Shown here in pieces: positions 37,642 to 52,058 of a stretch of 64,000 nt of DNA (its first letter is position 1; each line of letters opens with the position of its first letter). The translations under genes were made by a program, and so were the position numbers. The notes beneath the pieces are model-generated. The model made no database searches and was not told where the DNA came from. It saw only the letters and a program-made list of their open reading frames with translations. The stretch comes from Octopus vulgaris (taxonomy: Eukaryota): positions 218,984,001 through 219,048,000 of the forward strand of contig OX597814.1 of NCBI GenBank assembly GCA_951406725.2, read 5' to 3'.

Positions 37642-38031
37642 GGATGGAAGCACTCCGTCGGTTACGACGACGAGGGTTCCGGTTGATCCGAATCAACGGA
37701 ACAGCCTGCTCGTGAAATTAACGTGTAAGTGGCTGAGCACTCCACAGACACGTGTACCCTTAACGTAGTTCTCGGGGATATTCAGCATGACGCAGAGCGT
37801 AACAAGGCCGGCCCTTTGAAATACAGGTACAACAGAAACAGGAAGTAAGAGTGAGAGAAAGTTGTGGTGAAAGAGTACAGCAGGGATCACCACCATCCCC
37901 TGCCGGAGCCTCGTGGAGCTTTTAGGTGTTTTCGCTCAATAAACACTCACAACGCCTGGTCTGGGAATCGAAACCGCGATCCTACGACCGCGAGTCCGCT
38001 GCCCTAACCACTGGGCCATTGCGCCTCCACT
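37642..38031 (-). mobile_element. tRNA-derived SINE family A with 12-bp TSD
   Basis: gtgctttcccat duplicated at 37630-37641 and 38032-38043. Confidence 0.92.
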
Positions 38032-38313
38032 GTGCTTTCCCATATTACCAATGGATAGAGATTTTTTTTTGTTTCTACTTTTTTTACATCTTTATTTTAC
38101 TGGGGATAGTGAACTGGTAGAGTTGTTAGAGAATTGGACAGAACGCCTCACAGTATTTTTTATGACTCTCTATACACTGAGTTCAAATCCCACCAAGGCA
38201 GCTTTGCCTTTCATCCTTACAGGGTCAATAAAAATGTACCAATCTAGGTCAGTGGATTGATAGAACTATTAGAGGGTTAGCTAAGATACCTTGCAATGTT
38301 TGTTCTAGTTCTA

Positions 38314-38880
38314 TTGGGTTGTCTGGAAAGTTTGTGCTGAATTATAGTAGCTTATCTTTCGACTTATTTTAGAACATGGTTGAGTCCATAAAATAGGATT
38401 TGACTACACCTCCATTTAGAGCACAGTTTAAGCTATCTTTTCATGGAAGAAGGTTTATGTTCCTATAACCTGTGTTAATTCTGTAACCCTTTAAAATGGA
38501 AGATAACAAAGTTCATTTTCGGCACTTGACGCTTTAGGAACCAGACAAAAATTGCTGCAGCTCGGCTGGGATGTGTTACCCCACCCTCCATATTCACCAG
38601 ATATTTCTCCTTTGGATTTCCACTTATTCAGGTCTCTGCAGAATAGTCTTAATGGTAAAAATTTCAATTCCTCGGATGACGTAAAAAAGATACCTTGATG
38701 AATTCTTTGCCATGAAACCACCTCAATTCTGGGAAGAGGGTATTTTCAAGTTAAAGGAAAGATGGAGATGCATTGTGCAACAAAATGGTTCATATTTGGT
38801 TGATTAAAAATGTAATGGCAAGTATTTATTGACCTTTTTCTTTCCTTTAAAAATCGGCACAAACTTTCCGGACAGCAACT
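38314..38880 (+). mobile_element. Internally deleted mariner element
   Basis: TIR ttgggttgtctggaaagtttgtgctga / tcggcacaaactttccggacagcaa; C-terminal transposase [35 protein letters not shown]. Confidence 0.85.
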
Positions 38881-40648
38881 CCTATCATGACACTGGTGCC
38901 CAACTGTATCAATCCAAGTTCCATTGGATAAACATCAGTGATGTGGAGAGAAGACTTATATGCATGGGTAACAGCCAGTCTCTCTCAGTCTTCTGTTACC
39001 ACTCAATACCTAGCAGAAGGAGATGAGCCCACGAACTTCAAAGGGTCCCTGAGACCAGTGAGCAATGTGGGTGACATTGTTTTTGAACAACTGCAAGCCA
39101 ATGTCTAAAGACAAAACAGAGGCAATGAAAAGAGCATTCTGATGAGGAAGGTTAGATCTAGTGGTTAGTGCAGGGCATTAGAATGCCGACAAAATATGTA
39201 TAATGAGAGTGAATGGGCCTGAGTGGAGATGATATGAGACTAATTAGCTCTGAAGAGCGAATAGAAAAAGCAGTCTGAAGAGATTTCACATTTGTGAGCC
39301 AGAGGTTAGAGTGTGTAAGGTGAGTAGTGACTCAGTAGAGAAAACAATGTGTTGCTTCTCTACAGCAAGGCACCAGTTCCTGTCCCTCTATCATACTTTA
39401 ATTTGTCAACAGCTGGTATAAAGCCACCTCCCTCTTTACTACATCCCCACCCAATTGAGAGATACGGCTGCTATCTCTAGCAAAATCACGCAAGCAGATA
39501 AGGGCCTCATTATCAGCATTTTTTTGCTCCAGGTGAGCCATCTATTGTATCATTCCCTACCACTCCTCCTCGTCAACTACTTCAACTGTAAGAGACTCCA
39601 AGTAAGGCGAAAATGCCGTGTACATGTTTTAATATTACATATAATACACTTTTTTAAAAATTATATATCACAATTGGTATACAATAACATAGTTACAGGT
39701 TTTCAACAACTCAGGTGCATTTCTGGTGGCAAAAAGCGACAAGGGAGTGTCTGTAAATCCGATCAAGCAAATATCTCAAGGGATATTGTTTGTAAAGCAC
39801 TTGTTTTTGGTTTTGCCGTCGCTACAGAGACATTTGAGTTCAGAACATAAATAAAAGATGTAAAGTACATTCGTCTGACGCTATTTCCGTCACTCCATGC
39901 AGAATTTCTTCAAATAAGTTTTAGACCCAATATGCAAGACCGTCTTATTAACCTTACAGGCACCCGAGTAAACCACTACACCGGACCCTATAGGATTTAT
40001 TTACTGACAGCGAGCCGCAGCACACAGGTAAGATGTGGGCCCCTAGACAACTGCCTAGTGTACTCAAGGTTTAAAACAGCATTGCCAATATGTAAGGAAT
40101 TTTTTGGTTATCTAACCGCAGTAGGGACGGGTGAATAGCAATTCATTTACTGGAGTTTGGACACAAGGTTAGACACCAAATCATAGTGAACCATGCAAAC
40201 ACACATGAACACAAAATATTCATTTACATACGCAGAATATAGAGGAACTGAGAATGTGATATTCATGATCTTCTCACGAGCGTGAGATAAAAACAGAATC
40301 AATGAAGACTCAATTTTGCAGGGAGTGTTTTTTGGAGGGTTAAACGCGAGTTGCCAGTTTGTCACACACCGTTTCATTTCATTTGCGATTAATGAAATGA
40401 TCTTGACAAGAAATAATTAAAACCTGGGTTGTGAACACACGTAATTGGAAGATGAAAATTTAACTGTAAACATAATAGCATCAGAATCTTCACACGCCAA
40501 TGTAAAAAAGAAAAATACTAAAGAAAAACACGCTTAATTGTTGTGTAATTATTGAAACAGAAAGTGTATAAAATACCAAAAGGAATGAAAATTAAGGTGG
40601 GAAAAAAAATCATTTGATAGGAGAGAAGCAGCGAGATGAAAGACTAAC

Positions 40649-40688
40649 CTTCTTCGTTGTTTAAAGCTTTTAAGCTCATGTAACTCAT
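40649..40688 (-). CDS. SLC11A2: Candidate proximal alternative first coding exon (1b) of NRAMP gene
   Basis: ATG at 40688 or in-frame ATG at 40679: (MSY)MSLKALNNEE-G|gttagt; phase-1 donor compatible with exon 2; lies in a CpG-retaining, repeat-poor region. Confidence 0.55.
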
Positions 40689-40699
40689 GATAAGACCAT

Positions 40700-41200
40700 A
40701 AAAACGCCGAAAGGAATTAAAATGTAACAGTTTTCCACTTATTTTATTTTTTGTCGATGTTCTTTCATTTGAAAATCCTTGTTCGGGCGTTTGCAGGACT
40801 GAACCCACAACGTTGTCTCTCTCTTTCCCACAACCAACTTATAAGTTTATTTTGTGCTCAAAAAGTTTCCTTATTGTTATTATTTTACAACAAACAAAAC
40901 TTTCGGAACAACTGTGATAGAGATACAACTTATTAACAGGTGTATTGATCCGAATTCGCTGTTTGACACCAGCTGTGGACATTTTCTCACCCCCGCAGCT
41001 GTTTAATTTAGATGTGAAACTTTCCGAAAAGTGAGGCCTAAGTAATTAATACCGAACTTTGGAAGAAACTACACGAAACCGATAGTATTCTATATTTGTT
41101 TGTTTCTAAATTTACTGGTAGAAAAACAAGTGTATGGCTTGGTGCTATCCGGAAGCCTCACTGGTCTTAAATTCACTTAAATGTTTTTAATTTACTTAGT
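40700..41200 (-). promoter_or_regulatory. Putative proximal promoter region
   Basis: Unique, CpG-retaining sequence immediately upstream of candidate exon 1b; ETS-like CCGGAAG near 41149. No TSS data. Confidence 0.3.
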
Positions 41201-42516
41201 TAAATGTTTCAGAGCACTTGCAATCAACTCTTCATCTAAAACTCGAAATGAATTTTGAATTCGCCTTAAATATACGTTTATTTATTTAATCCAGCTACGA
41301 ACCATTGAAATCTTTAGGTTGGATTAAAAGTACTCGATGATTATATTCCATATGTGGCTAAAAAAATAAAAGATTAATGTAGGATAATACAGCAAGTAAA
41401 AAATAAAATCTTACTGAAACAACGAAGACCAGGACGAAATGAGGAGGTGAAGGGACACCCGACGTCGTCGTTCGACCTGTTAGAAATAGCAGCTAAATGT
41501 TATTTAACTCAAACTCTACTATCTGTTTAAAAATATTCCAAGTGAATGGACATTGTTCTGCTCGTAAGAACTAACCACAATCGGAGAAGGAATTACGTTA
41601 TTTGTTCAGCATCTAAAGTAAAGGAGGGGAATATTCAAGGGATTAAAACAGAATTTTCTATAGAGTATAAAAATATACCGAGCACGCAGAAATACTTCAG
41701 AAAAAGCAACTGAAAGATTCATTTCGCAATAGTATCTCAGACACTACCATTATGTGACAAATTTCATTCATGGTTACGTTTTTATTATTCCAATTTTTAT
41801 CCTCTTGAAGAATACAAAAAAATTACATAAACCAACAAACTTATTAGTCATGTCAAAACAACAACTGGATTTGACGAAACGAACGAGTCTGATATCAAAC
41901 TTTTATTTTTTTTCTTTCTTGTAAACAAACTGTCCTGAAATCTTGTTAGCAATCATTCTTTTTTAGGAACTTTGAATCTCGAAGCAAATAAAGTCTAAAT
42001 AATAGTGTGCAAATATTGGATAGACAAAAATCGAAGGGTGGAATCGAACCTACATCTCCTGTAGATAGATATGACATGTTCTACCATTGGACCAAAACAA
42101 ATTCTCCATCCCTTTAAGTAACTTTATTCCTACTAGCGAAAAGCAAATTTATTCATCTTTTAGTCAGGTCATGTTAGTGACCCCCAAACCTAGTGTGACA
42201 AGGTGGAGGAGGTTACCCTCAAAGCAAAAGACCCCTAGCTTGAATACTTGCAAGAGTGAGGCCCCACTAAAGATATCCAAGGTGCCAGATGATGGTATGA
42301 AACTGGTTGAAGGATTAAGGGTATCACACTAATCGTTCTTTTCAGGATTTGAACTCAGAAGGTAAATAACCAGAACAACTACCACAAGGTATCCAGAAAC
42401 ACTTTTCATATTTTTGTCAATCCAGCATCCCAGGCTGGTCCCTTTTTATTGACCTTGACTGGCTGACAGGTAAAACTGATCTAGTTAGCATTTGAACTTA
42501 GAATGACTAGCATACT

Positions 42517-42730
42517 CTCTCTTTTACTTGTTTCAGTCATTTTACTGCGGCCATGCTGGAGCACCACCTTTAGTCGAGCAAATCGACCCCGGGACTTATT
42601 CTTTGTAAGCCCAGTACTTATTCTATCGGTCTCTTTTGCTGAACCGCTAAGTGACAGGGACGTAAACACACCAGCTTCGGTTGTCAAGCAATGCTAGGGG
42701 GGACAAACACAGACACAAGCACATACACAC

Positions 42731-42773
<43 letters not shown>

Positions 42774-42936
42774 TACGAAGGGTTTTCTTTCAGTTTCCGT
42801 CTACCAAATCCACTCACAAGGCATTGGTCGGCCCGAGGCTATAGTAGAAGACACTTGCCCAAGGTGCCACGCAGTGGGACTGAACCCGGAACCATGTGGT
42901 TGGTTAGCAAGCTACTTACCACACAGCCACTCCTGC
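42517..42936 (-). mobile_element. SINE family C, full length
   Basis: Reverse complement of family C. Confidence 0.88.
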
Positions 42937-45202
42937 ATCATAACAAATTCCACAAAGCATTCTATCCAACTCCCTAAAGAGTGCCAAGTCACAGCCAAAT
43001 GCAGAGAGAGGAGGAGGAAAACATTATTTTAATCTATTGATAGGATCAGGAATGGCTGTGTGGTTAAGAAGCTTTCTTTGCAACTATGTGGTTTTGGGTT
43101 CAGTCCCACTGTGTGGTACCTTGGGCAAGTGTCTTCTAATATAAACCTAAGCTGACCAGGGCTTGTGAGCAAATTTGGTTCATGGAAACTGTATGGAGGT
43201 CAGTCATATATATATATATATATATCATCATCATCATCCTCATCATCCTCATCGTTTAACGTCCGTTCTCCATGCTGGCATGGGTTGGACGGTTCAACTG
43301 GGGTCTGGGAAGCCAGAAGACTGCACCAGGCCCAGTCTGATCTGGCAGTGTTTCTACAGCTGGATGCTCTTCCTAACGCCAACCACTCCGAGTGTAGTGG
43401 GTGCTTTTTATGTGCCACCCATACAGGTGCCAGACGGAGCTGGCGAACGGCCACGATCGGATAGTGCTTTTTATGTGCTACCGGCACGGGGGCCAGACGA
43501 GGCTGGCAACGGCCATGCAGCTATGAGTGTGTATCTTTCTGTCTGTCTTTATCATGCACCGCCACTTGACAACCAATATTGGTTTGTTTACATCCATGTA
43601 ACTGAGCAGTTTGGCAAAAGACACTGATAGTATAAGTACCAGACTAAAAAAAATACTGGGAGTGATTTGTTCTGACTAAAACCCTTCAAGGAAGTGGTCC
43701 TGCATGGCCAGTCCAATTACTGAAACAAGTAAACAATAATAAAAAAAAGTATGGAGAACAACTGGACATGTTTATATCTTCTCAGACTTCTTCAATGAAG
43801 CTCAGATAAGAGATAAGCCCTCGGCTATAGTACAAGACACTTGCCCAAGGTCAGTGACAGCTCATGTATAGGTACTGCAGAACTGCAGCACCCCCTATTT
43901 CCATTCGATATTATCGATAACATCCAATATAATGAGTCCTTTTTTTCTTTAATCCTTTCTTTATACTTGTACATTATATAATCCTTAGGCTTAATGTCAG
44001 TAGCCATCCCCTAGTTTATGAGAAAATATAAAAGTCCTTGTATAGAACAGCTCCAGTGACGTGGTGTTTGGCTGTTGTGTGCATGCTCACATGTCCAAGA
44101 TAGGAAGCTGCATGCTAGGAAGAGAGAGCATTGTGGTTCATGCAGTGCTGTTTCTGGTGTGCTGGTAAAAGACTGTTTCTTTTTGACTCCACATGTGTAG
44201 TGCTTAAAAACATGTTTATATTCTTGAATGTGATAAAGTGTAGAATTAGATTATTATCCTGCTTCCAACTACAGTGTTGCTGCCAAAATTTGAAAAATAA
44301 GGCTGATTTCCTCCCCTTATTTTGTGATTTAAGTGGGACTTTTGAAAAACAAGGGGTAATTCATGGCAGTGTTCAGTAAGCGAATTAAACACACTCCCCG
44401 GCTGTGGCTAAAACACGAACCAATCAAGTTTATGTATAAATTTTCTTTTTATGTCTTTGTTTCCTTTTACACAATATTAAAACAATGGCTAAAGATCGTC
44501 TGAAGCAGAACCCCCCCCCCACTAATTTTATCTACGAGTCGCCATTGCCCAAAGTACCACACAGTGGGACTGAACCTGAAACCATATGATTGTGAAACAA
44601 ACTTCTTATCACACAGCTACCTCAGTCTTCCTCCAAACATGTTGCACATACATGTGCAGACACATGACCAGGACTGGCCAATGGGGGCCCTAAAAAGTTA
44701 TTCAGAGACACCATCTGCAATAAAATCAGCAGTTAAGAGGAGTGAACATATTTATGTAGGGAATTAAAAATCTAATTAGAAATACTTCTTGGAGTATTCT
44801 AGAAGAGAACATTATTGAGTTAAGTGAGTTAATAAAAATCTAAGTCTGTGAACAAACCTACACAGCCAAATAAACAAGAAATCTAACTCATAGTCTGCCA
44901 GTACTGATAAATAACAATAAAATATATAGAGGCCATATTTTAAGTGTTAGTAATCAGTAACGAGATTACAGGATTAGATTGCTAATCTATCTGAGTGTGC
45001 ATATTTGTTTTTATCATCAAAAATTTAAAAACCCTTTAGCATCTAAACTGGCCATATGTAGCTCAAATATGCCTCCTGTTTCAAGTTCAAACTGGTTGGG
45101 TCTAGCCTCTCACACATACCCTACAATGTCATCCAAATAATAGACAATAACATCACCGAAATCTCACAGCTATGAGACAATAAATGATTAATTCATAACA
45201 GT

Positions 45203-45410
45203 GTGGAGGCGCAATGGCCCAGTGGTTAGGGCAGCGGACTCACGGTCATAGGACCGCGGTTTCGATTCCCAGACCGGGTGTTGTGAGTGTTTATTGAGCG
45301 AAAACACCTAAAGCTCCACGAGGCTCCGGCAGGAGATGGTGGTGATCCCTGCTGTACTCTTTCACCACAACTTTCTCTCACTCTTACTTCCTGTTTCTGT
45401 TGTACCTGTT
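45203..45410 (+). mobile_element. tRNA-derived SINE family A, 3'-truncated
   Basis: Head and first half of body. Confidence 0.85.
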
Positions 45411-46896
45411 TTTTGGAAGTTAATTATTGTCAGCCTCTTTTGGCAAGCCCTTAAGTTACAGAAACATAAACAAACAAACACCAGTTGTCAGGTGGTATGG
45501 TGAAGGAAGGGCCATAAACACAAAGACACAGAGGATGCACACATATTTGTGGTAAGAAGTTTGCTTCCCAACCACATGGCTCCAGGTTCAATCCCACTGC
45601 ATGGCATCTTGGGTAAGCGTCTTCTACTGTAGCCCTTGGCCAACCAAAGCCTTATGAATGGATTTGGTAGAATGAAGCTGGAAGAAGCCTGTATTGTGTG
45701 TGTGTGTGTGTGTGTGTGTATGTAGATCGTGTGATGGTTGTAAATGAGCATCACCATTATGCAAGTGATGTTGTTTATTTCCTAATCTTCCACAAAATAA
45801 CCTGTCTTGCCAGAAAATATCACCTTGCTTGGAAACAGGTGAGAATTGGTGACAGGATGGGTATCTAACTATAGAGAACCCTGCCTCAAGAAATTCCATT
45901 AGACCCATGCAAGAATAGGAGAATGTACGCTAAATGATGAAGGAGGAGGAGGAGGGGGAGGTTGACATTTTTCACGCTGAGAGTTGCTGAAGTATGGAAC
46001 AAACTGCCGGCATCAGTTGTTAGTTGTCGGAGCACTGGATCCTTCAAAACTTCCATGCCTCCTGAGATTCGCCAACACTACACCTGATTTTCTCCCTCCA
46101 TACACACACAAGCATGTATCTGACTCATACATTGTTCGCTTCCCAGACATTTCTACATTACTGCATGTACTTTATATGCACTTTCTGACAAGTTGTGGTG
46201 CACCTGAGCACTGTATACAATTAATTTCATTATTATTATTATTAAAATTCTGCAGGGAGAGAACTCTCAATTAACTCAGCCCCAGTACTTGACTGGTACT
46301 CAGAGTTTTTCAAACTTGAAACAATGAAGAGGCAAATTTGGCTCAGAACGAAAGGAGCTTAGAGCAAAAACTAAATTCTGTCAACCTACCATAATAATAA
46401 TACCTACAGGCATTGATTTCAAATTTTGGCATAAGGCCAGCAATTTTGGGGGAGGGAGTAAGCTGACAACATCAGCCCCAGGGCTCAACCGGTTCTTATT
46501 TTATTTACCCCAAAAGGATGACTGGCAGAATTTGAACTCAAAACATAAAGACAGACAAAATGCTGCTAAGTAGTTTAACTGGTATGCTAATGATTCTGCC
46601 AGCTCACCACCTTATGGTACCTATAGATATTAAAGTATTACTATGCTTAGAAATACAACAAAAAAATATATAGTTCAATTTGTATAAAAGAACAATAGTC
46701 ATGGTTTAGCATAAGGTCAAGCATAGTGAAGAAGACTTACTATAATCAAAGGTGTTCCATCTATGTCCGCTAAGTTCTTTTTTGTTATTCAGTGTATCAA
46801 GGATAACGTTATCCTATAAGTTCTCTGTTTTGATAAGTGTAAGGTGTAACAAGTGGAAGATTTGGTTGCTATTTCTAGCTGGTTAACTACATAGAG

Positions 46897-47450
46897 CAGT
46901 GGTTCTTAAACTTTTCAAAAGATTTTACATACCAGTCCCTTACAGTTCTTTTTTTTTTTTTTTTTTGATTCATGGTCCCCTATAAAATGCCGGATAATTA
47001 ACATGGAAAAAATGACTTACATTCATGTACTGTAATTTCCGGACTATGGAACAGCACTGTCCATAGACCGGCAATCCCAGAAAGCACAACTTAATCCAGG
47101 CAATGCCCCACTGGGATACAATAAATGCACATGAAAATATGGGGAATCCGTTGATCAGTTGGTTACAAAATAAATGAGAAATAAAAAATACTGATAGAAC
47201 ATGCATGATCAAACATTCTACCCGTTATATTGGCCAATCACACTTGTACAACAAGTGTGATTAGCAAATGAGTGCGTAAGAATGGTGAGAGTTTCTGAGG
47301 CCAATGACAAAAAAGGATGATAGCATGCTAAAAATTGAAAGTCTTGAAATTTTAAAACTTAACTGTCTCCAAGCCACCCTGTTGTCACAATACTTCAGTG
47401 TCCCTTTGTGGTCTCGTAGGGGACCGTGGACCCCAGTTTGAGAACTACTG
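46897..47450. mobile_element. hAT/Charlie-like MITE
   Basis: CAGTGGTTCTTAAAC ... GTTTGAGAACTACTG terminal inverted repeats. Confidence 0.7.
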
Positions 47451-47603
47451 ACCTATAGAGTCCCTTTCATTGGCTTTAGAGAACAGATTTGAATGCATCT
47501 CTAGATGACTGAAAATATCAGCAAAAAGTCATTTTATAGCTAGTATTTGGCCTGGTATCAGAATATATGAACCACTCAGCAGTTTATCAAAAGAAATTTT
47601 ATG

Positions 47604-47755
47604 TAGCTTGTTTACCAACCACATGGTTCCAGGTTCAGTCCTACTATGTGGCACCTTGGGCAAGTGTCTTTTACTATAGCCTCGGGTCGACCAAAGCCTT
47701 GTGAGTGGATTTGGTAGGCGGAAACTGAAAGAAGCCCATTGTATATATGTGCGTG

Positions 47756-47800
<45 letters not shown>

Positions 47801-48108
47801 ATGTTTATGTGTCTGTGGAAGTCCCCCCAACATCGCTTGACAACCGATGCTGGTGTGTTTACATCCCCATAACTTAGCGGTTCGGAAAAGAGACTGATAG
47901 AATAAGTACTAGGCTTACCCCCAACATCGCTTGACAACCGATGCTGGTGTGTTTACATCCCCATAACTTAGCGGTTCGGAAAAGAGACTGATAGAATAAG
48001 TACTAGGCTTACAAAGAATAAGTCCTGGGGTCGATTTGTTCGACTAAAGGCGGTGCTCCAGCATGGCCGCAGTCAAATGACTGAAACAAGTAAAAGAGTA
48101 AAAGAGAA
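47604..48108 (+). mobile_element. SINE family C with internal ~93-bp tandem duplication
   Basis: ccccaacatcgcttgacaacc...aggctta repeated at 47825 and 47918. Confidence 0.85.
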
Positions 48109-48522
48109 TAGCAGGGGACTGGTCACTGTAAATGTTGTGTTGGGAAACTTCAGTCAATATTCTTATAAACAAGTGAGGTCTTTTAATATGAAAGCCAGAA
48201 CTGTTAGGGAGGTGACAAGATGGCAGAGTCAGTAGCACGCTGGGCAAAATGCCTAGCAGCATTTCATCCATCTTTACACTCTGAGTTCAAATGCTACCAA
48301 AGTCAGCTTTGCCTTTCATCCATTCAGGGTCAATAAAATAAGTTTCAGGTGAGTATTGGGATCAATGTGGTCAACTTAACTCCTTCCCCAAACTTACTGG
48401 ACCTGTGCCAAAATTTGAAATCAATATTAAAGCAAGAATTAACAGTAGTAGCAATATTACTTACAAGTCATCCATAAACCATAAATACAGCTTAAAATAT
48501 TATCTCCTGCTTCTTACATTAA

Positions 48523-48964
48523 AGATTGACCGTTATGCAAACCTCCTCGAGGAATGTGAAGACGCAGGCTGGAAAGCAGAACATTTTCCAATCGAAGTCG
48601 GATGTAGAGGATTTGTTGGACACAGTGTGAGGCAACTGTTGTTATCGTTAGGCCTAACTCATCGTAAAGTAAATACCACCATGACCGATATCCAAACTAC
48701 AGTGGAGAAGGCTAGCCTTTGGATTTGGTTAAAAAGAGACAATGAGCGATGGCTAGAAGAATATTGAGCTTTATTTATCAAATAAAGCTAATCTAGCAAG
48801 CAGGGTCTCATATCACTGAGGGGGGCTGGTGCGCATTGATGCCATCGAGAGGTAGGCCCTGAAACTGCGTGCATTCTCTTCTGATGACCCCATACACTTG
48901 CTGGCTTCCAGTATGCGGAGTTTTTGACTGGTAGCACTTGCATGTACAAGTTGTTTGCAAGACA
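48523..48964 (+). mobile_element. 5'-truncated RLE-type (HERO/R2-group) non-LTR retrotransposon
   Basis: KIDRYANLLEECEDAGWKAEHFPIEVGCRGFVG...VEKASLWIWLKR typical of restriction-like endonuclease C-terminus; flanked by 61-bp direct repeats. Confidence 0.8.
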
Positions 48965-50380
48965 TACAAGTCATCCATAAACCATAAATACAGCTTAAAA
49001 TATTATCTCCTGCTTCTAACATTAATAGTAGTTTGGTTTATGACTATGCATTGACTGATGCATCAATACTCTTCTTTTTTTTTTTCTTTTTTGATTTCCA
49101 AGTACCTCTCCTGATGCTCCAACCGCTACACAACACATTCTTGATTAAATTACTTGTCTTCCAAGGCTATTTTGGTTGATTGGCAATTATTAATTAACCA
49201 ATAATCAATTTATAACCACTAGCCCACCAATTTACTGTATTCACCCTTTTACTCTTCTACTTTGTAAAAATGCTTTCAGTATTTCTAACCTAATCTACTC
49301 AATACAGCTACTTCTCATCACCCCAACCGTGTCTTAATTCAACATCCATGCACCCTATTTCACCAGTTCATCCTTTCTAGAACTTGAACTCCTTCTTTCC
49401 TCCTCTTGCATAAACTTCAACTGCATCAATTTCTCCAGTTTGCAGGCCCTTCTGAACTAGAGAGATCAATGTTGTTGTTTTAACCCAAGTCAGGTTTGAT
49501 CCAGCAGATCTACTATAAAGAATTGTCCCAGCCTTGAGCACTCTATGGCTTTGTAAACCCAAAGCAATATTATCTAATGAATCCATTTTTAAAATTTTTT
49601 TATAATATGGCAGAGAGGTAAATCTGTGGAAGATTTAGTTGTTATTTCTAGCAGATCAAGAGGCTGTATAGAAGTTGAAGTTGAACTTGCAGCAATTTAA
49701 GTTTTTGAACTAGACTAAATTGTAGTTAGCACAAAGGTGTAGCCATGACAGATTTAAAATAAACAGGGTGTAAAATTAGGTCTTAAAAGTGTTCCAGAGT
49801 ACATGGTCAAATGTGTGAAATTCAATATAGTGATTCATTATTGTTTCAATGTCCACTTTTCCATACTTGCAATGGTCAGACCGAGTTTATGGAGGTTGAT
49901 TTTCTATGGCTGGATGCCCTCCTTGTGGCTAAACTTCACCAGTTACCAAGCAAGATAATATTTCCCGTAGCCAGAGAAGTTGTGTAGAATATTGGAAATG
50001 AATGACACAGCTTGTTATTTGCATGACAGTGATATTTATTTTCATATTCCACACAATGTTAAGGTAAGGACACACAAACATCATCATCATGATTTAGTGT
50101 CCGTTTTCCATGATGGTTTGCAGGAGCTGACAAGTCAAAGGTCTCAGCCAAACTATGGTTTCTGCTTTGGTATATTTTCTTTGGAAGGGTGTCCTTCCTA
50201 AAGCCTAACACTTCCCAGAGTTTACTGGTTCCTTTTTATGTGATACCAGCACTGGCAGGTCACCAAGTAATTTGCAAGACAAAGAGCCCTTGATTAGGCC
50301 AGGGGAGTAGTATTGAGAGAGGTGGCTTTGTACCAGTTGATAAGAAGTTAAATTATAATAGAGGGAGAGAGATAGGTATA

Positions 50381-51275
50381 CATCATCATCATCATCGTTT
50401 AACGTCCGCTTTCCATGCTAGCATGGGTTGGACGGTTTGACCGGGCTCTGGGAAGCCAGGAAGCTGCACCAGGCTCCAGTCTGATCTGGCAGTGTTTCTA
50501 CAGCTGGATGCCCTTCCTAACGCCAACCACTCCAAGAGTGTAGTGGGTGCTTTTTACATGCCACTGGCACAGGGGCCAGAGGAAGCTGGCAACAGCCATG
50601 ATTGGTTGGTGCTTTTTACATGCCACCAGCACGGAAGCCAGTCAAGGTGGCACTGGCATCGGCCACGTTTGGATGGTGCTTTTTACGTGCCACCAGCACG
50701 GATATCAGAACTACAATTTCCATTTGATTTTCATTTCGATGCTGATGTACTTGACTCAATAGGTCTCCTCAAGCACAGCAGGTCACCGTACAGGATTGGG
50801 GCTGGTTATGCGAAACTGGTGTAGGATACAGCCATGAACTCACTTTATTTGTCGGGTCTTCGAAGTCACAGCATATCTCCAGAGGTCTCAGTCTTTCATC
50901 ATAGCCCCTGTGAGGCCCAATGTTCAAAGGTCATGCTTCACCATCTCATCCAATGTTTTCCTGGGTCTACCTCTACCCCAGATTCCTTCCACTGTTTGGG
51001 AGTGGCACTTCTTCACACAGCTCTCCTCATCCATCCGTAGTACATGACCATACCAGCACAAACGTCTCTCTTGCACACCACATCCGATGCTTCTTATGTC
51101 CAATATTCCTCTCAGGGCGCTTACACTTTGTCGTGTGTGCACACTGCCATTACACATCCAGCAGATCATGCTGGCTTCTTTTCTTTCGAGCCTGCGCTTG
51201 TCCTCCGCAGTCACGGCCCATGCTTCACTGCTGTGAAGCATGGCAGTTCACACACGTGCATCATACAATCTACCT
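50381..51275 (-). mobile_element. RTE LINE 3' fragment with full tail
   Basis: ORF 50924-51241 MLHSSEAWAVTAEDKRRLER...RRLCWYGHVLRM...GRGRPRKT; (CAT)n tail at 50381. Confidence 0.85.
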
Positions 51276-51276
51276 G

Positions 51277-51308
<32 letters not shown>

Positions 51309-51311
51309 AAT

Positions 51312-51497
51312 GCAGAATTTAGACTAGTAGAAATATGTTTTCGTCACATATTTCAACTGCTAAGAGGCAAATACACTGCAGTTACTGTGGAGAAAATAAT
51401 CCAAGAGAGATTTTTTTTCTCCACAGTAACTGCAGCGTATTTGCCTTTTAGCAGTTGAAATACATGACAATCATATTTCAATAAACCTAAATTCTGC
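51312..51497. repeat. Fold-back palindrome (~80-bp arms)
   Basis: gcagaatttag...ctgcagttactgtggagaaaa / ttttctccacagtaactgcag...ctaaattctgc. Confidence 0.85.
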
Positions 51498-52026
51498 TTA
51501 GTGGCACGTAAAATGCACCAATCCGACCGTGGCCAATGCCAGCCTCGCCTGGCAGCAGTGCAGGTGGCACGTAAAAAGCACCCACTACACTCACGGAGTG
51601 GTTGGCATTAGGAAGGGCATCCAGCTGTAGAAACATTGCCAGGTAAGACTGGAGCCTGGTGCAGCCCTCTGGCTTCCCAGATCCCTGGTCGAACCGTCCA
51701 ACCCATGCTAGCATGGAAAGCGGACGTTAAACGATGATGATGATGATGATATAACCGGTGTTGTTCAAACGATGAATAGCCTTCGCATAAACCATTGGTT
51801 CGTTTTGTTCTCTTACTTTATTATCATCTTATAATCATGTCATAATAATGACCTTTATGACTCGTATTACTACCTCAGTCAATCTAAATGTATATATTTG
51901 TCACTACCTGTCATAAAGAGCCTTTTTCTATTTGCAATATGCATTTTCGTTGATTTTTCATATTTTACCCTTACATTTCTACGTGTATTTTATATTCTAT
52001 ATTTTCTTTTCGTAACATATTTCTAC

Positions 52027-52039
<13 letters not shown>

Positions 52040-52058
<19 letters not shown>

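Noticed and set aside
48860-48895. GAAAC...CUGAUGA in the HERO-like 3' UTR as a type II hammerhead
   Set aside because: Stems I and II cannot be formed
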